NCBI GenBank assembly: GCA_035290885.1
Contig: DATDTL010000019.1
Span: 1-33,693, forward strand
DNA from: an archaeon
GTDB lineage: Archaea > Aenigmatarchaeota > Aenigmatarchaeia > GW2011-AR5
Direction of reading: 5' to 3'
Length of the DNA stretch: 33,693 nucleotides
Each line of letters starts with the position of its first letter. Positions within the stretch are counted from its first letter, which is position 1. The notes under the pieces are model-generated. The model was not told where the DNA came from and searched no databases. It worked only from the letters and a program-made list of their open reading frames with translations. Position numbers and translations under genes: made by a program. Shown here in pieces: positions 15,875 through 23,898 of the stretch.

Positions 15875-16645
15875 ATGCCGTCTATAATAATGTCAAAGGA
15901 GATGGAAGTTGCCGTGAAAGCCGCCCGCGCAGCAGGCAGGATTCTCATGAAATATTACGGCAATATAAACAAGCTGCATTACAAGAGCGCCCGCGACTTC
16001 GCAACGCAGGCGGACTTTGACGCGGAAAAAGTCATAATATCAACGATAAGAAAGGTATTCCCGGAACACGCTGTGCTTGCCGAGGAATCCGGCGAAAGCG
16101 GCTCGTCCGAGAGCAAGTGGATAATTGACCCGCTGGACGGGACGCATAATTTTGTCGTTGAGGTGCCGCTCTTCGGGGTTGGCATAGCGCTGGAAAGGAA
16201 AGGAGAAATTGTGCTCTCGGTGATTTACATACCGTGCGACAGGGAGCTTTACACCGCGGAGAAGGGGAAGGGTGCGTTCCTTAACAGGAAAAAAATAAGG
16301 GTTTCATCGCGCAAAGAGAACTTCATGGTGGCGTTCGGCGGCTTCTGGGGGATAGGCGACCCGTTCGTGCGAAAGAAATTTGACAAGTTGGCTGAAAAAT
16401 TTCACCACGATTTTCGGATACCCGGCTCTGCCATGGTGCAGCTGGCGTGGATAGCCTCCGGGAAGGTGGACGGCTCGCTGATGCTCAATGAGAAGCCGTG
16501 GGACATAGCGCCTGCATTGCTTGTGGAAGAAGCGGGCGGCTTGGTGACCGGCCTCAACGGCGAGAAATGGACGCCGTATCTTGCGAACTATGTGGCAGCC
16601 ACGAAGACCCTGCACGGCGCAATCCTTGACGTGGCGCGTGATTAG
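15875..16645 (+). CDS. suhB: Inositol monophosphatase / FBPase family (SuhB-like) phosphatase
   Basis: 256 aa. Metal-binding motifs LAEESGE and WIIDPLDGTHNF, and the C-terminal WDIAPALLVEEAGG. The start may instead be the ATG at 15890, judging from the TATA-like tttttaag at 15861-15868. Confidence 0.9.
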   Translation: MPSIIMSKEMEVAVKAARAAGRILMKYYGNINKLHYKSARDFATQADFDAEKVIISTIRKVFPEHAVLAEESGESGSSESKWIIDPLDGTHNFVVEVPLFGVGIALERKGEIVLSVIYIPCDRELYTAEKGKGAFLNRKKIRVSSRKENFMVAFGGFWGIGDPFVRKKFDKLAEKFHHDFRIPGSAMVQLAWIASGKVDGSLMLNEKPWDIAPALLVEEAGGLVTGLNGEKWTPYLANYVAATKTLHGAILDVARD

Positions 16646-17164
16646 ATGGGGATGAAAAAAGAAATCGCGGAACTGGCGCTGGCAGTCATAATTGCACTCG
16701 CAGCCTATCAGGCCGTGGGATTTCTCTTTGGGACTACGGTGCCAGTGACGTCCGTGGTTACGCCGTCCATGGAACACTCTGCGGATTTCGCCGACTGGTG
16801 GGACGCAAACAACGCCAAATATTCGGCCCTGAATATAACAAAGGAAGACTTCCTTTCATTTCCTTACAGGAAAGGGCTTTATGTGGGCGACATGGTCATC
16901 GTCATGAAGACGAATGACCTGAAGAAGGGCGATGTCATAGTTTACCATCCACTGAACGGATGCTTTGAGGGCATATCAACGAAGGCGACAATCATACACA
17001 GGCTCGTGTCAGTGGAGCCTCTTGTCACAAAAGGCGACAACAATCCAAGACCTGACATGGCAGGCGACAAAAACTGCATAGTTAGCGTGGAAGGTAAGGC
17101 GGTTGCGGCGCTGCCGCTCATGGGATATCCAAGGTCGCTGCTTTTTAAAATATTGGGTATATGA
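16646..17164 (+). CDS. Signal peptidase I, archaeal/eukaryotic Sec11 type (S26B)
   Basis: 172 aa. N-terminal TM anchor, catalytic Ser in VVTPSMEHS, His in IIHRLV, and the conserved TKGDNNPRPD box. Confidence 0.8.
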   Translation: MGMKKEIAELALAVIIALAAYQAVGFLFGTTVPVTSVVTPSMEHSADFADWWDANNAKYSALNITKEDFLSFPYRKGLYVGDMVIVMKTNDLKKGDVIVYHPLNGCFEGISTKATIIHRLVSVEPLVTKGDNNPRPDMAGDKNCIVSVEGKAVAALPLMGYPRSLLFKILGI

Positions 17165-17247
17165 TTTTCGATACCGCCGCTTTTTGACACAGCGGTTGTA
17201 TGAATACAAAGCGTTGCCGCGAGCGAAGAAATTGGCTATACAAACTT

Positions 17248-17915
17248 TCAGCGGGCAGCAACGAATCCCATTATCTTCTGCATCTCTTCTTTTGTCGGGA
17301 CTTTCCGCCTGCTGCCGTATTCCGTGCCGCCTATTGCGCACAGGGTGTTGGCAAGCCTTGCCGTCTTGTTAAGGGGCCATCCCAAAAGATAACCGTATAT
17401 GAAGCCCGCGACGAAACAATTCTCGGAGCTTGTGAAATCCACGCGCTCGGACCTGTAGCCTTCGTATGAAGCCATGTCGCCGCGGCAGAATATAGAGCAC
17501 CCTTCCTCGCCTTTCATCACAACGAACAGCGAGTCCATGCTGAATATGTCAAACTCCTCCATCGCGACCTCGTATTCGTCCTTTGACATGAATACCACGT
17601 CAGGCTCGTGCCTTCTCAAAAAATCTATCGCCTGCGGCGACGGCTCAAAAAGATGGAACGTGACGAACAGTTTTCCTCGCCGATTTTTTCCACGATGCTG
17701 GCCTTCTCCAAGCTGCGGAGATGGTAATATATCTTCTGCTCGTTTTCCTTGAGATTGCGGGCAACGTCCATTGCACACTGCGGCTGCCTTGCGAGTTCCG
17801 CGACTATCCGGGCAGCCAAAGAGTTTCCCAGCGACTTCATGCCGGCTGCGCCCACGAGAGTTGCGTCGTATACCCTCTGCGTTTCGCCGTCCTTTTCTAT
17901 GTAATTGCCGAGCAT
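17248..17915 (-). pseudogene. Frameshifted gene: winged-HTH (ArsR/MarR-like) N-terminus plus PfkB sugar-kinase-like C-terminal half
   Basis: ORF 17625..17915 encodes a wHTH (AARIVAELARQPQCAMDVARNLKENEQKIYYHLRSLEKASIVEKIGEE). ORF 17248..17778, in another frame, continues sensibly from KLFVTFHLFEPSPQAIDFL.. to a degenerate PfkB anion-hole region VDFTSSENCFVAGFIYGYLLGW (canonical DTTGAGD). The frames join at the A4 run on the coding strand (plus tttt 17671-17674). One extra A would give ..GEEKLFVTF... Confidence 0.5.
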
Positions 17916-18153
17916 GGTTCTTTCCGATTATATACCGTTAATCTTCGCTGTTGCGTGGAAGTCACGCTTACCCAAAAATTAACAATATTTATTACTACCA
18001 CGAAAAAGGATTAAAAGTTTTGTCCTTTTTATAAGAGTATTAAAAAAATCACAATAATTAAGCGGAAAAACGCCCAAAAACAGCCTATTTTACGAAAATA
18101 CTCAGATAAAGTTCTTAGCTGTATCTTATATTCTTGCATTATGATGAATAATC

Positions 18154-18540
18154 ATGCGATTTTACAAGACCAAGGTTGACACAAAAGGGAGGGTTTCTCT
18201 CCCGATGGAAATACGGAACCTTGTTGACATGAGATACGGCGACGAACTCGTGCTTGAGACGGCCGGGAAGAGGGAGCTTGTAATTTCACCGGTGACTATG
18301 CGCAGGGCAAACACCAGCGTGGATATAGTATTCACGGACTTTTCTTCGGGCTTTAGGAAGGCTGTAAAGACGCTGGCTGACGCCAAGGCGGACATACTCC
18401 GCAGCGAAAGCAAGACAGGCACCGGCTCAGTGCGCTGGAACGCGCTCGTTCACATGAACCACTCGTACCTACAAAGGATGACGAAAAGGCTTGAAAAAAT
18501 TGAAGAGATATCCGACTTTAAGATATCCAAGTATGCATAA
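18154..18540 (+). CDS. AbrB/SpoVT-fold DNA-binding protein with C-terminal domain of unknown function (possibly ACT-like)
   Basis: 128 aa. N-terminal swapped-hairpin motif KVDTKGRVSLPMEIRNLVDMRYGDELVLE. The C-terminal ~70 aa align with the paralog at 18747..19154. Confidence 0.7.
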   Translation: MRFYKTKVDTKGRVSLPMEIRNLVDMRYGDELVLETAGKRELVISPVTMRRANTSVDIVFTDFSSGFRKAVKTLADAKADILRSESKTGTGSVRWNALVHMNHSYLQRMTKRLEKIEEISDFKISKYA

Positions 18541-18746
18541 TAACTGATTCTTTAGAGATAGTGGAAGTCGCACGCTTCAGCACGCTTGGATACTGGCGGA
18601 TTAGGACTGCAAACTGAATGGTGTTACGCCAGAAAGGAAGACCAACGGTAATCTGCGCATCAAGATTGGCGAATGCTTTTTGGCATTTCCTTCTTGTTCA
18701 GCAACGCTTCTGTACAGCGACTCTCGCCTGCCATTTCCGGAGGATC

Positions 18747-19154
18747 CTAAATTTTAGTGTCAACCCTGAACTTCTTTATCCCCTTAAGGGCAATCATATC
18801 CGCCTCAAGCTTTGCAAGATTCGAAGACGCCGCGTCCGCTATCGCGTTCCATTCCGCGAGCTTCCTGCGCTCTATGGTCTTGCTCGTGCTCATGAGTATG
18901 TCCATCTTGTTCCTTGCCATCACGTCTATTATTTTCATCAGAGACGCCGGCTCGTCTATGAATATGATTTCTATGTAGACGGTGGAATCGAGGAGCGGGA
19001 TTATCTTCAGCTCCTTGTTCTCGTTGTTTGTTATTATTACCTGCGTGCCTTCCCGAAGCCGCAGGTAATCGCGGAGCTGGAACGGAATTATCATCCTTCC
19101 CTTGGAGTCTATCTTCACTATGTTGAAGTCCCGCATATTCCCACCCATTCCCAT
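18747..19154 (-). CDS. AbrB/SpoVT-fold DNA-binding protein, paralog of 18154..18540
   Basis: Only the 3' part of track ORF 18747..19529 is credible. Candidate starts are at 19154, 19148 and 19136 (MGMGGNMRDFNIVKIDSKGRMIIPFQLRDYLRLREGTQVIIT..). The C-terminal domain IEIIFIDEPASLMKIIDVMARNKMDILMS.. parallels VDIVFTDFSSGFRKAVKTLADAKADILRS.. in the paralog. Confidence 0.7.
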   Translation of the reverse strand: MGMGGNMRDFNIVKIDSKGRMIIPFQLRDYLRLREGTQVIITNNENKELKIIPLLDSTVYIEIIFIDEPASLMKIIDVMARNKMDILMSTSKTIERRKLAEWNAIADAASSNLAKLEADMIALKGIKKFRVDTKI

Positions 19155-19170
19155 TTTAATCCCACAGAGA

Positions 19171-19179
19171 ATATATAAA
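19171..19179. promoter_or_regulatory. Single central TATA element shared by the divergent AbrB paralog (minus) and TFS paralog 2 (plus)
   Basis: atatataaa is centred about 26 nt upstream of the ATG at 19201 and about 21-27 nt upstream of the minus-strand ATGs at 19154 and 19148. Confidence 0.45.
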
Positions 19180-19200
19180 GTTACTCCCCCATCCGAATGG

Positions 19201-19554
19201 ATGATGACAGAAAAAGCCCCGGGGAAAAGCGCCATTGAATTCTGCGGCAAGTGCGGCTCCATCATGCTTCCGGAAAAAAGCAAGACATCCACGCAACTCA
19301 AGTGCCGCTCGTGCGGAGCGGTGATGAAGAAGCCCGTGAAAGCCGTAAAGATAACGGAAATGGCAAAGCCCGAAAAGAAGGTCATAGTCATAGAGAAGGA
19401 CGTTTCCTCGATGCCGATAACGAACGCCAACTGCGAGAAGTGCGGCAACAAGAAGGCGTACTGGTGGATGCAGCAGACCAAGGGCGACGACGAGCCGCCC
19501 ACGCAATTCTTCCGCTGCACCAAGTGCATGAAGGTCTGGCGTGAGCAGAAGTGA
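19201..19554 (+). CDS. tfs: Transcription factor S (TFIIS-type), paralog 2
   Basis: The track ORF starts at 19102, but the first 33 codons overlap the divergent promoter and gene. The ATG at 19201 gives 117 aa: zinc ribbons CGKCGS...CRSCG and CEKCG...CTKC, and the acidic loop WWMQQTKGDDEPPTQFFRC. Confidence 0.85.
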   Translation: MMTEKAPGKSAIEFCGKCGSIMLPEKSKTSTQLKCRSCGAVMKKPVKAVKITEMAKPEKKVIVIEKDVSSMPITNANCEKCGNKKAYWWMQQTKGDDEPPTQFFRCTKCMKVWREQK

Positions 19555-19652
19555 CGCGTTAGCCCTTGCTAAACTCTTCTGTCGTCCCAGACGCCTTTAA
19601 TCCGCACTCCCGGCCTGCGCTTTATATATTTCTATCAAATCAAATACATCTC

Positions 19653-20324
19653 ATGGATGAAGGCCTTCTGCGTACTATCATACTTTTTGCCACGAAGAGC
19701 AGCGAGGAAGCGAAAAATTACATCGATAACCAGAGCAAGGAAATCATTACGGCTTTGTTTGTCAATCTCCTTGGCGTATACATGAACGACAAGAACTCGT
19801 CCACGTTAAGGGAAAAAATAACTCTTGCGCTGGCGGGTTATAGTTCCACGGACAGGAAACTAGGATACGACGGGTATAAAGTCGCCGGCAATAAGAAAAT
19901 CCCTTGCGAAGTCAAGCCCCAGAACATTGACACCGAAAATAACACGAAGATAAAGAACCCAAGAAAGCACAATGGCGGCGGAAATTTCACGGATTATACG
20001 TTTGCCAGATTTGAAAAGGACAAAAAAGAAAATCCTAACATGCTCGTAAGCGGATTCGTTGACAGGAAGTTATTATTCATCATAGAGTTTCCGTTTGCAT
20101 TTGAGCATTTTGCGAATAAACTCGAAAGGCAACTGAAAAAACATTTCCCGAGCGGGGACGTGGAAGGCCGCTATTTGAGAAGCGCAATCTTCAATTTTGC
20201 GGATTATAGCGCGTGCGCAAACATAAAATCCGTGTATCTTAACAAGAAGGCACTGGCAGAACACAAGAGCGAATTTACGAAAAAATTCTATGACTTTGTC
20301 TTTTCTCTCAAAAAATCAGTTTAG
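19653..20324 (+). CDS. Putative Type II restriction endonuclease (PD-(D/E)XK)
   Basis: ATG at 19653 with TATA-like tttatatatt at 19621-19630; the track start at 19566 is a non-ATG extension. 223 aa. Candidate catalytic motif GYDGYKVAGNKKIPCEVKPQN (D...E-x-K). It converges on and overlaps the methyltransferase by 9 nt. AT-rich. Confidence 0.6.
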   Translation: MDEGLLRTIILFATKSSEEAKNYIDNQSKEIITALFVNLLGVYMNDKNSSTLREKITLALAGYSSTDRKLGYDGYKVAGNKKIPCEVKPQNIDTENNTKIKNPRKHNGGGNFTDYTFARFEKDKKENPNMLVSGFVDRKLLFIIEFPFAFEHFANKLERQLKKHFPSGDVEGRYLRSAIFNFADYSACANIKSVYLNKKALAEHKSEFTKKFYDFVFSLKKSV

Positions 20325-21212
20325 TGCCTTCAGGCTCTTCTGGGAAGATTTTTTGAATCTTCCGGTGTTCTCGCCGTTTTTCTTCCTGTCTGAAAAAGAC
20401 TTGACGGTAATGTGCCTTTGCACCTCTTCGCTCAGCTTGTATCTTTCTTTTTCGCAATCTAACAGCCTGTTGCTTGCCATCTTGCAGTATTTTTCCGATA
20501 TGTCTATCCCTATGTAATCGCAATTCAACAGCTTTGCGGCCGCGCAAGTGGTGCCGGAACCGCTGTACGGGTCCAAAACAACCCCTTTTTTTCCGTTCAA
20601 AACCGAGAATATTATCCTTGCCGGCAGTATGATAGGAAAAGGCGCCGGGTGTTCGCTGCCCCTTTCTGGCGGAAATCTCCATATGGAACTAAGCATGGCG
20701 TGCCTTGATTCCAGCTCTTCCCCTATTTTGTCAGCCCCTTTCGGCTTATACAGCCAGTAAATTTTTTCGTCAACCTGCCAGAATCTCCATCCCCTTATGT
20801 TGGCGGCAATCATCCTGTCCCAGACAATCTCCTGCTTTATAGTCCAGTCCGTTTTTATCAACCACTGGAACGGATGGTGCATCGTTCCCTTTTCCCACCG
20901 GTTTTTATGATTGTAAAAAAAAGAGCCTCCGGCTTTCGTCACCCTGAATATTTCGTTTAATACGTCTATCTGGTTCTGCTGGTATTCCTCTTCCGTCTTC
21001 TTGTCGGAATAGGCATCGTAAGTTACGTTCTTGACAAGCCATCCCTTCTGCTTTTCCCCTTTATTATACGGCGGCGAGGTTATGCCGAGATCCACGCATT
21101 CGTCCGGGAGTTTCCTCAGGGCCTCTAAAGTGTCTCCTTGCAACAGGCTGTTGACAACGCCCTCTGCTTCAACCGCTCCTTCTAACTTTTTCACGCTCAG
21201 GATTTTCGGCAT
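20316..21212 (-). CDS. DNA methyltransferase, beta class (N4-cytosine or N6-adenine; PF01555-like)
   Basis: 298 aa. Motif IV DLGITSPPY precedes motif I VLDPYSGSGTTCAAA, and the HPAPFP box is present. SPPY is more typical of m4C enzymes (inference). Basic C-terminal tail. Confidence 0.9.
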   Translation of the reverse strand: MPKILSVKKLEGAVEAEGVVNSLLQGDTLEALRKLPDECVDLGITSPPYNKGEKQKGWLVKNVTYDAYSDKKTEEEYQQNQIDVLNEIFRVTKAGGSFFYNHKNRWEKGTMHHPFQWLIKTDWTIKQEIVWDRMIAANIRGWRFWQVDEKIYWLYKPKGADKIGEELESRHAMLSSIWRFPPERGSEHPAPFPIILPARIIFSVLNGKKGVVLDPYSGSGTTCAAAKLLNCDYIGIDISEKYCKMASNRLLDCEKERYKLSEEVQRHITVKSFSDRKKNGENTGRFKKSSQKSLKALN

Positions 21213-21216
21213 AATA

Positions 21217-21438
21217 TCACTTTTTCTTCTCTGCGTTGAGCCTTTTTAGAATAGCAACAAAATCGCCCTTCTTGTCCGTATCCGGCCTCAACGTCCATAG
21301 AACTGCATCGCCTTCCTTCAGCTCCAAATGACCGGAAATTCCCTTAGGAACCGTAGTGCGAAGGGAATAACTCTTGCTGTTGGCTCTTGTAACCTTCGTC
21401 TTTTCTCCCTTCATGGCTACTATTTGGCTTTCCGGCAT
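21217..21438 (-). CDS. Small AbrB/SpoVT-fold protein immediately upstream of the methyltransferase (candidate R-M controller)
   Basis: 73 aa from the ATG at 21438; the track start 21447 is TTG. YSLRTTVPKGISGHLELKEGDAVLW is a swapped-hairpin motif. Its stop lies 4 nt before the MTase start. A TATA-like tattatta lies about 27 nt upstream. Confidence 0.7.
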   Translation of the reverse strand: MPESQIVAMKGEKTKVTRANSKSYSLRTTVPKGISGHLELKEGDAVLWTLRPDTDKKGDFVAILKRLNAEKKK

Positions 21439-21582
21439 AAATATCAATATCGATTACCTAATAATAGGCTAATTATAGACTATATCTTTAAATGACTATA
21501 GTTATCCGTAAGCTCGTAAAGTTTCCGAGACGAGTTGCCAACCGCAGCATTCTTTATTAACCAGCCTGCTCCAATAATTACC

Positions 21583-22257
21583 ATGAAGATTGACGGGCAC
21601 ACGGACCTGCGCGATTCCATACTCGGCGGGCAGGACGGGCTTGTGAACGTTCTTGGCATAATACTTGGCGTTGCAACGGCAACGAATGATTCGCGCATTG
21701 TCATAATCGCCGGGCTTGCCGCCACGTTTGCGGAATCAATTTCCATGGCTGCGGTGGCGTACACCTCATCCAAGGCGTCTGTTGATTATTACAAGGGCGA
21801 AATAGAAAAAAGCATGGCGCACATGAAGTCCGCTCACAGGCTCAACGACATGGTACGGGGCTTCTATTCTGCCAAGGGCTTCCGGGGAAAGCTCCTTAAC
21901 GACATCGTCAGAAAGGTGTCGTCCAGCAAAAAGATGGCATACGAAGCCATTCTGCATGAAAAGCACGCGTCATTGCGCAACTACGACAATCCCGTCAAGA
22001 GCGCATGGGTCGTGGGCATTGCCGCGGTCATCGGTTCGCTGATACCGCTCGCGCCTTTCCTCTCGCTTGGCATAAACGACGCCATAACCGCTTCGGTAAT
22101 CATATCCACCGTTACTCTGTTTGCAGCAGGCGCGGTAAAGGCGAAGATGACCATAGGCAACTGGATAAAAAGCGGCTTTGAAATGGCGCTCATAGGCATG
22201 CTTGCCGCAGGCATAGGCTACGCGGTGGGCGCCGTGCTTGGAGTTGCCATACTGTAG
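21583..22257 (+). CDS. VIT1/CCC1 family iron/manganese transporter
   Basis: ATG at 21583; the track start 21535 is TTG. The N-terminal motif SILGGQDGLVNVLGIILGVA, a central soluble helix bundle and C-terminal TM helices are typical of the VIT family. TATA-like tttattaa at 21553-21560. Confidence 0.85.
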   Translation: MKIDGHTDLRDSILGGQDGLVNVLGIILGVATATNDSRIVIIAGLAATFAESISMAAVAYTSSKASVDYYKGEIEKSMAHMKSAHRLNDMVRGFYSAKGFRGKLLNDIVRKVSSSKKMAYEAILHEKHASLRNYDNPVKSAWVVGIAAVIGSLIPLAPFLSLGINDAITASVIISTVTLFAAGAVKAKMTIGNWIKSGFEMALIGMLAAGIGYAVGAVLGVAIL

Positions 22258-22823
22258 AAGCCTTGCGGCAGGAACAGCTCGCCGGGATGATTGCGCTCCC
22301 ACGCGGTTGCAAGCCTCGGAAGATTCGCAGTGCTGCCTCCAAACAGCGCGATTTCCTTGACTTTGGCATACATGGCATTGAATGCCGGATGGCCCGCGTC
22401 CACACCTGTCAATGCGTATCTTCTAAGGAAACTTGCGTGCGGATCCTGATAACTATCAGGGCATCCGCTTCCCTCTCTATTCGCCCTGTTCTTTGCCTGA
22501 TAATTCAAATCGGCGTTTATAATTCCCGTTGTCAGTACAGACGCCACTATTTCTCTTGGAGAAAACCCGCCATATCGGAAGCCTTTTTTTCTATACATCT
22601 TATTCCATGCTTCCCGGAATCTGCTGTTGACAGCTTCAGGATTACTTTGTATATGGCCCTTTGGCATCGAAAGTTTTCCATATCCTTCCGGCGACTCTTC
22701 CAGCAAACCGTGAAGATAGCCCTCACCTGCCAGCCATTCAAATATTGCACCCTCCAGTTCCAGAAACCCCTGCGAGTGCCTGAAAGAGTTATAAAATATT
22801 TTCAATATTTCGGAATCATGCAT
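22218..22823 (-). CDS. Hypothetical protein, no family recognised
   Basis: 201 aa with natural-looking composition (..FEWLAGEGYLHG.., ..GCPDSYQDPHASF.., ..GHPAFNAMYAKVKEIALFGG..). It lies 37 nt downstream of rpoL on the same strand. Its 3' end overlaps the VIT1 3' end by 40 nt. The plus-strand ORF 22263..22886 over it is C/R/S-rich junk. Confidence 0.5.
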   Translation of the reverse strand: MHDSEILKIFYNSFRHSQGFLELEGAIFEWLAGEGYLHGLLEESPEGYGKLSMPKGHIQSNPEAVNSRFREAWNKMYRKKGFRYGGFSPREIVASVLTTGIINADLNYQAKNRANREGSGCPDSYQDPHASFLRRYALTGVDAGHPAFNAMYAKVKEIALFGGSTANLPRLATAWERNHPGELFLPQGFYSMATPSTAPTA

Positions 22824-22860
22824 TCAAATCTCAAGAGAGAAGCCTTCTTAAAAATTAGCT

Positions 22861-23115
22861 TTAAGCCCGTGCCAGCTGCTTTCTGAGCTCTTTCGCATCA
22901 GCGAGAGCCTGTTCGGCGGCGTCAAGGACGGCCTTCTTCGGGTTCTTGGCCTTCACGGTCACAACGGGATTGGAAAGGTATGGGTGGCTGACGTTGCACG
23001 CGGAATAGTCCACTTTCTGCTTCCAGAGGTTCTCGTTCAGAAGATTTGCAAAAGTCAGGTCGTCAAGCTCTATCTTCATCTTTTCCTTATCATCTTCAAC
23101 GACACTGACTTTCAT
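22861..23115 (-). CDS. rpoL: DNA-directed RNA polymerase subunit L (Rpb11 homolog)
   Basis: 84 aa. The pattern KIELDDLTFANLLNENLWKQ.VDYSACNVSHPYLSNPVVTVKAKNPKKAVLDAAEQ matches RpoL (..HT.GN.L...L....V.FA.Y...HPL...P.L.I.T..). Confidence 0.8.
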   Translation of the reverse strand: MKVSVVEDDKEKMKIELDDLTFANLLNENLWKQKVDYSACNVSHPYLSNPVVTVKAKNPKKAVLDAAEQALADAKELRKQLARA

Positions 23116-23238
23116 AGCGCTTATTTAAAAAACAGTCTTTAAATAATAGTAAAGAACTTCCTGCTGGCATATTTTTTATAATGTTCTTTACATATACCAA
23201 GTTCCGTCGATATACAATATGATAATGACAGTGATTTG

Positions 23239-23898
23239 ATGCGCGCAATTGAGCTTCGGAACGTCGTGAAGAGTTACACGCTTGGAGACGCCGAAGTGCG
23301 CGCCCTTGACGGCGTTTCTTTGGACATAAATGAAGGCGAGTTCGTTTCGATAATGGGCAGCTCGGGCTCTGGCAAAAGCACTCTCCTTCACATAGTGGGT
23401 GCCCTTGACAGGCCGACGCAAGGCGCGGTAAGAATATTCGGAAAAGACGTCCATGGCATGGGCGACAACGAGCTTGCCGGGCTGCGCGGGGACACAATAG
23501 GGTTTGTCTTCCAGACGTTCAATCTTATACCTAGGCTCAGCGTTATGGAAAACGTCCTCATACCGTCTTATTTTGCCGGCGTGGACAGGCAGGAAGACGC
23601 GGGGCGCCTTGTGAAAAGCGTGGGACTCGGGGAAAGGATGAATCACATGCCTTCACAGCTTTCAGGCGGGGAGCGGCAAAGGGTTGCCATAGCCAGGGCG
23701 CTTATCAACGATCCGAAAATAATCGTTGCGGACGAACCGACTGGAAATCTTGATAGCGTGAACGGAAAGAAGATAATGGATATTTTTAAATCCCTGAACA
23801 AACAAGGCAGGACTGTTATCGTTGTTACACATGACATTCACATCGCCAAGTACGCGAACAGGATAATAAGGATAAAGGACGGGAAAATCGTAAAATGA
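23239..23898 (+). CDS. ABC transporter ATP-binding protein (MacB/LolD-like)
   Basis: Walker A GSSGSGKST, Q-loop, signature LSGGERQR, Walker B IIVADEPTGNLD, and an H-loop in VVTHD. Confidence 0.95.
   Translation: MRAIELRNVVKSYTLGDAEVRALDGVSLDINEGEFVSIMGSSGSGKSTLLHIVGALDRPTQGAVRIFGKDVHGMGDNELAGLRGDTIGFVFQTFNLIPRLSVMENVLIPSYFAGVDRQEDAGRLVKSVGLGERMNHMPSQLSGGERQRVAIARALINDPKIIVADEPTGNLDSVNGKKIMDIFKSLNKQGRTVIVVTHDIHIAKYANRIIRIKDGKIVK

Noticed and set aside
18618-19178. 186-aa plus-strand ORF spanning the AbrB paralog region.
   Set aside because: It is antisense to the AbrB-fold gene, with R/Y/H/C-rich composition and no motifs.
22263-22886. 207-aa plus-strand ORF opposite the 201-aa hypothetical gene.
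   Set aside because: It is cysteine/arginine/serine-rich with a non-ATG start. The minus-strand frame has far more protein-like composition, so it was preferred, but only at 0.5 confidence.
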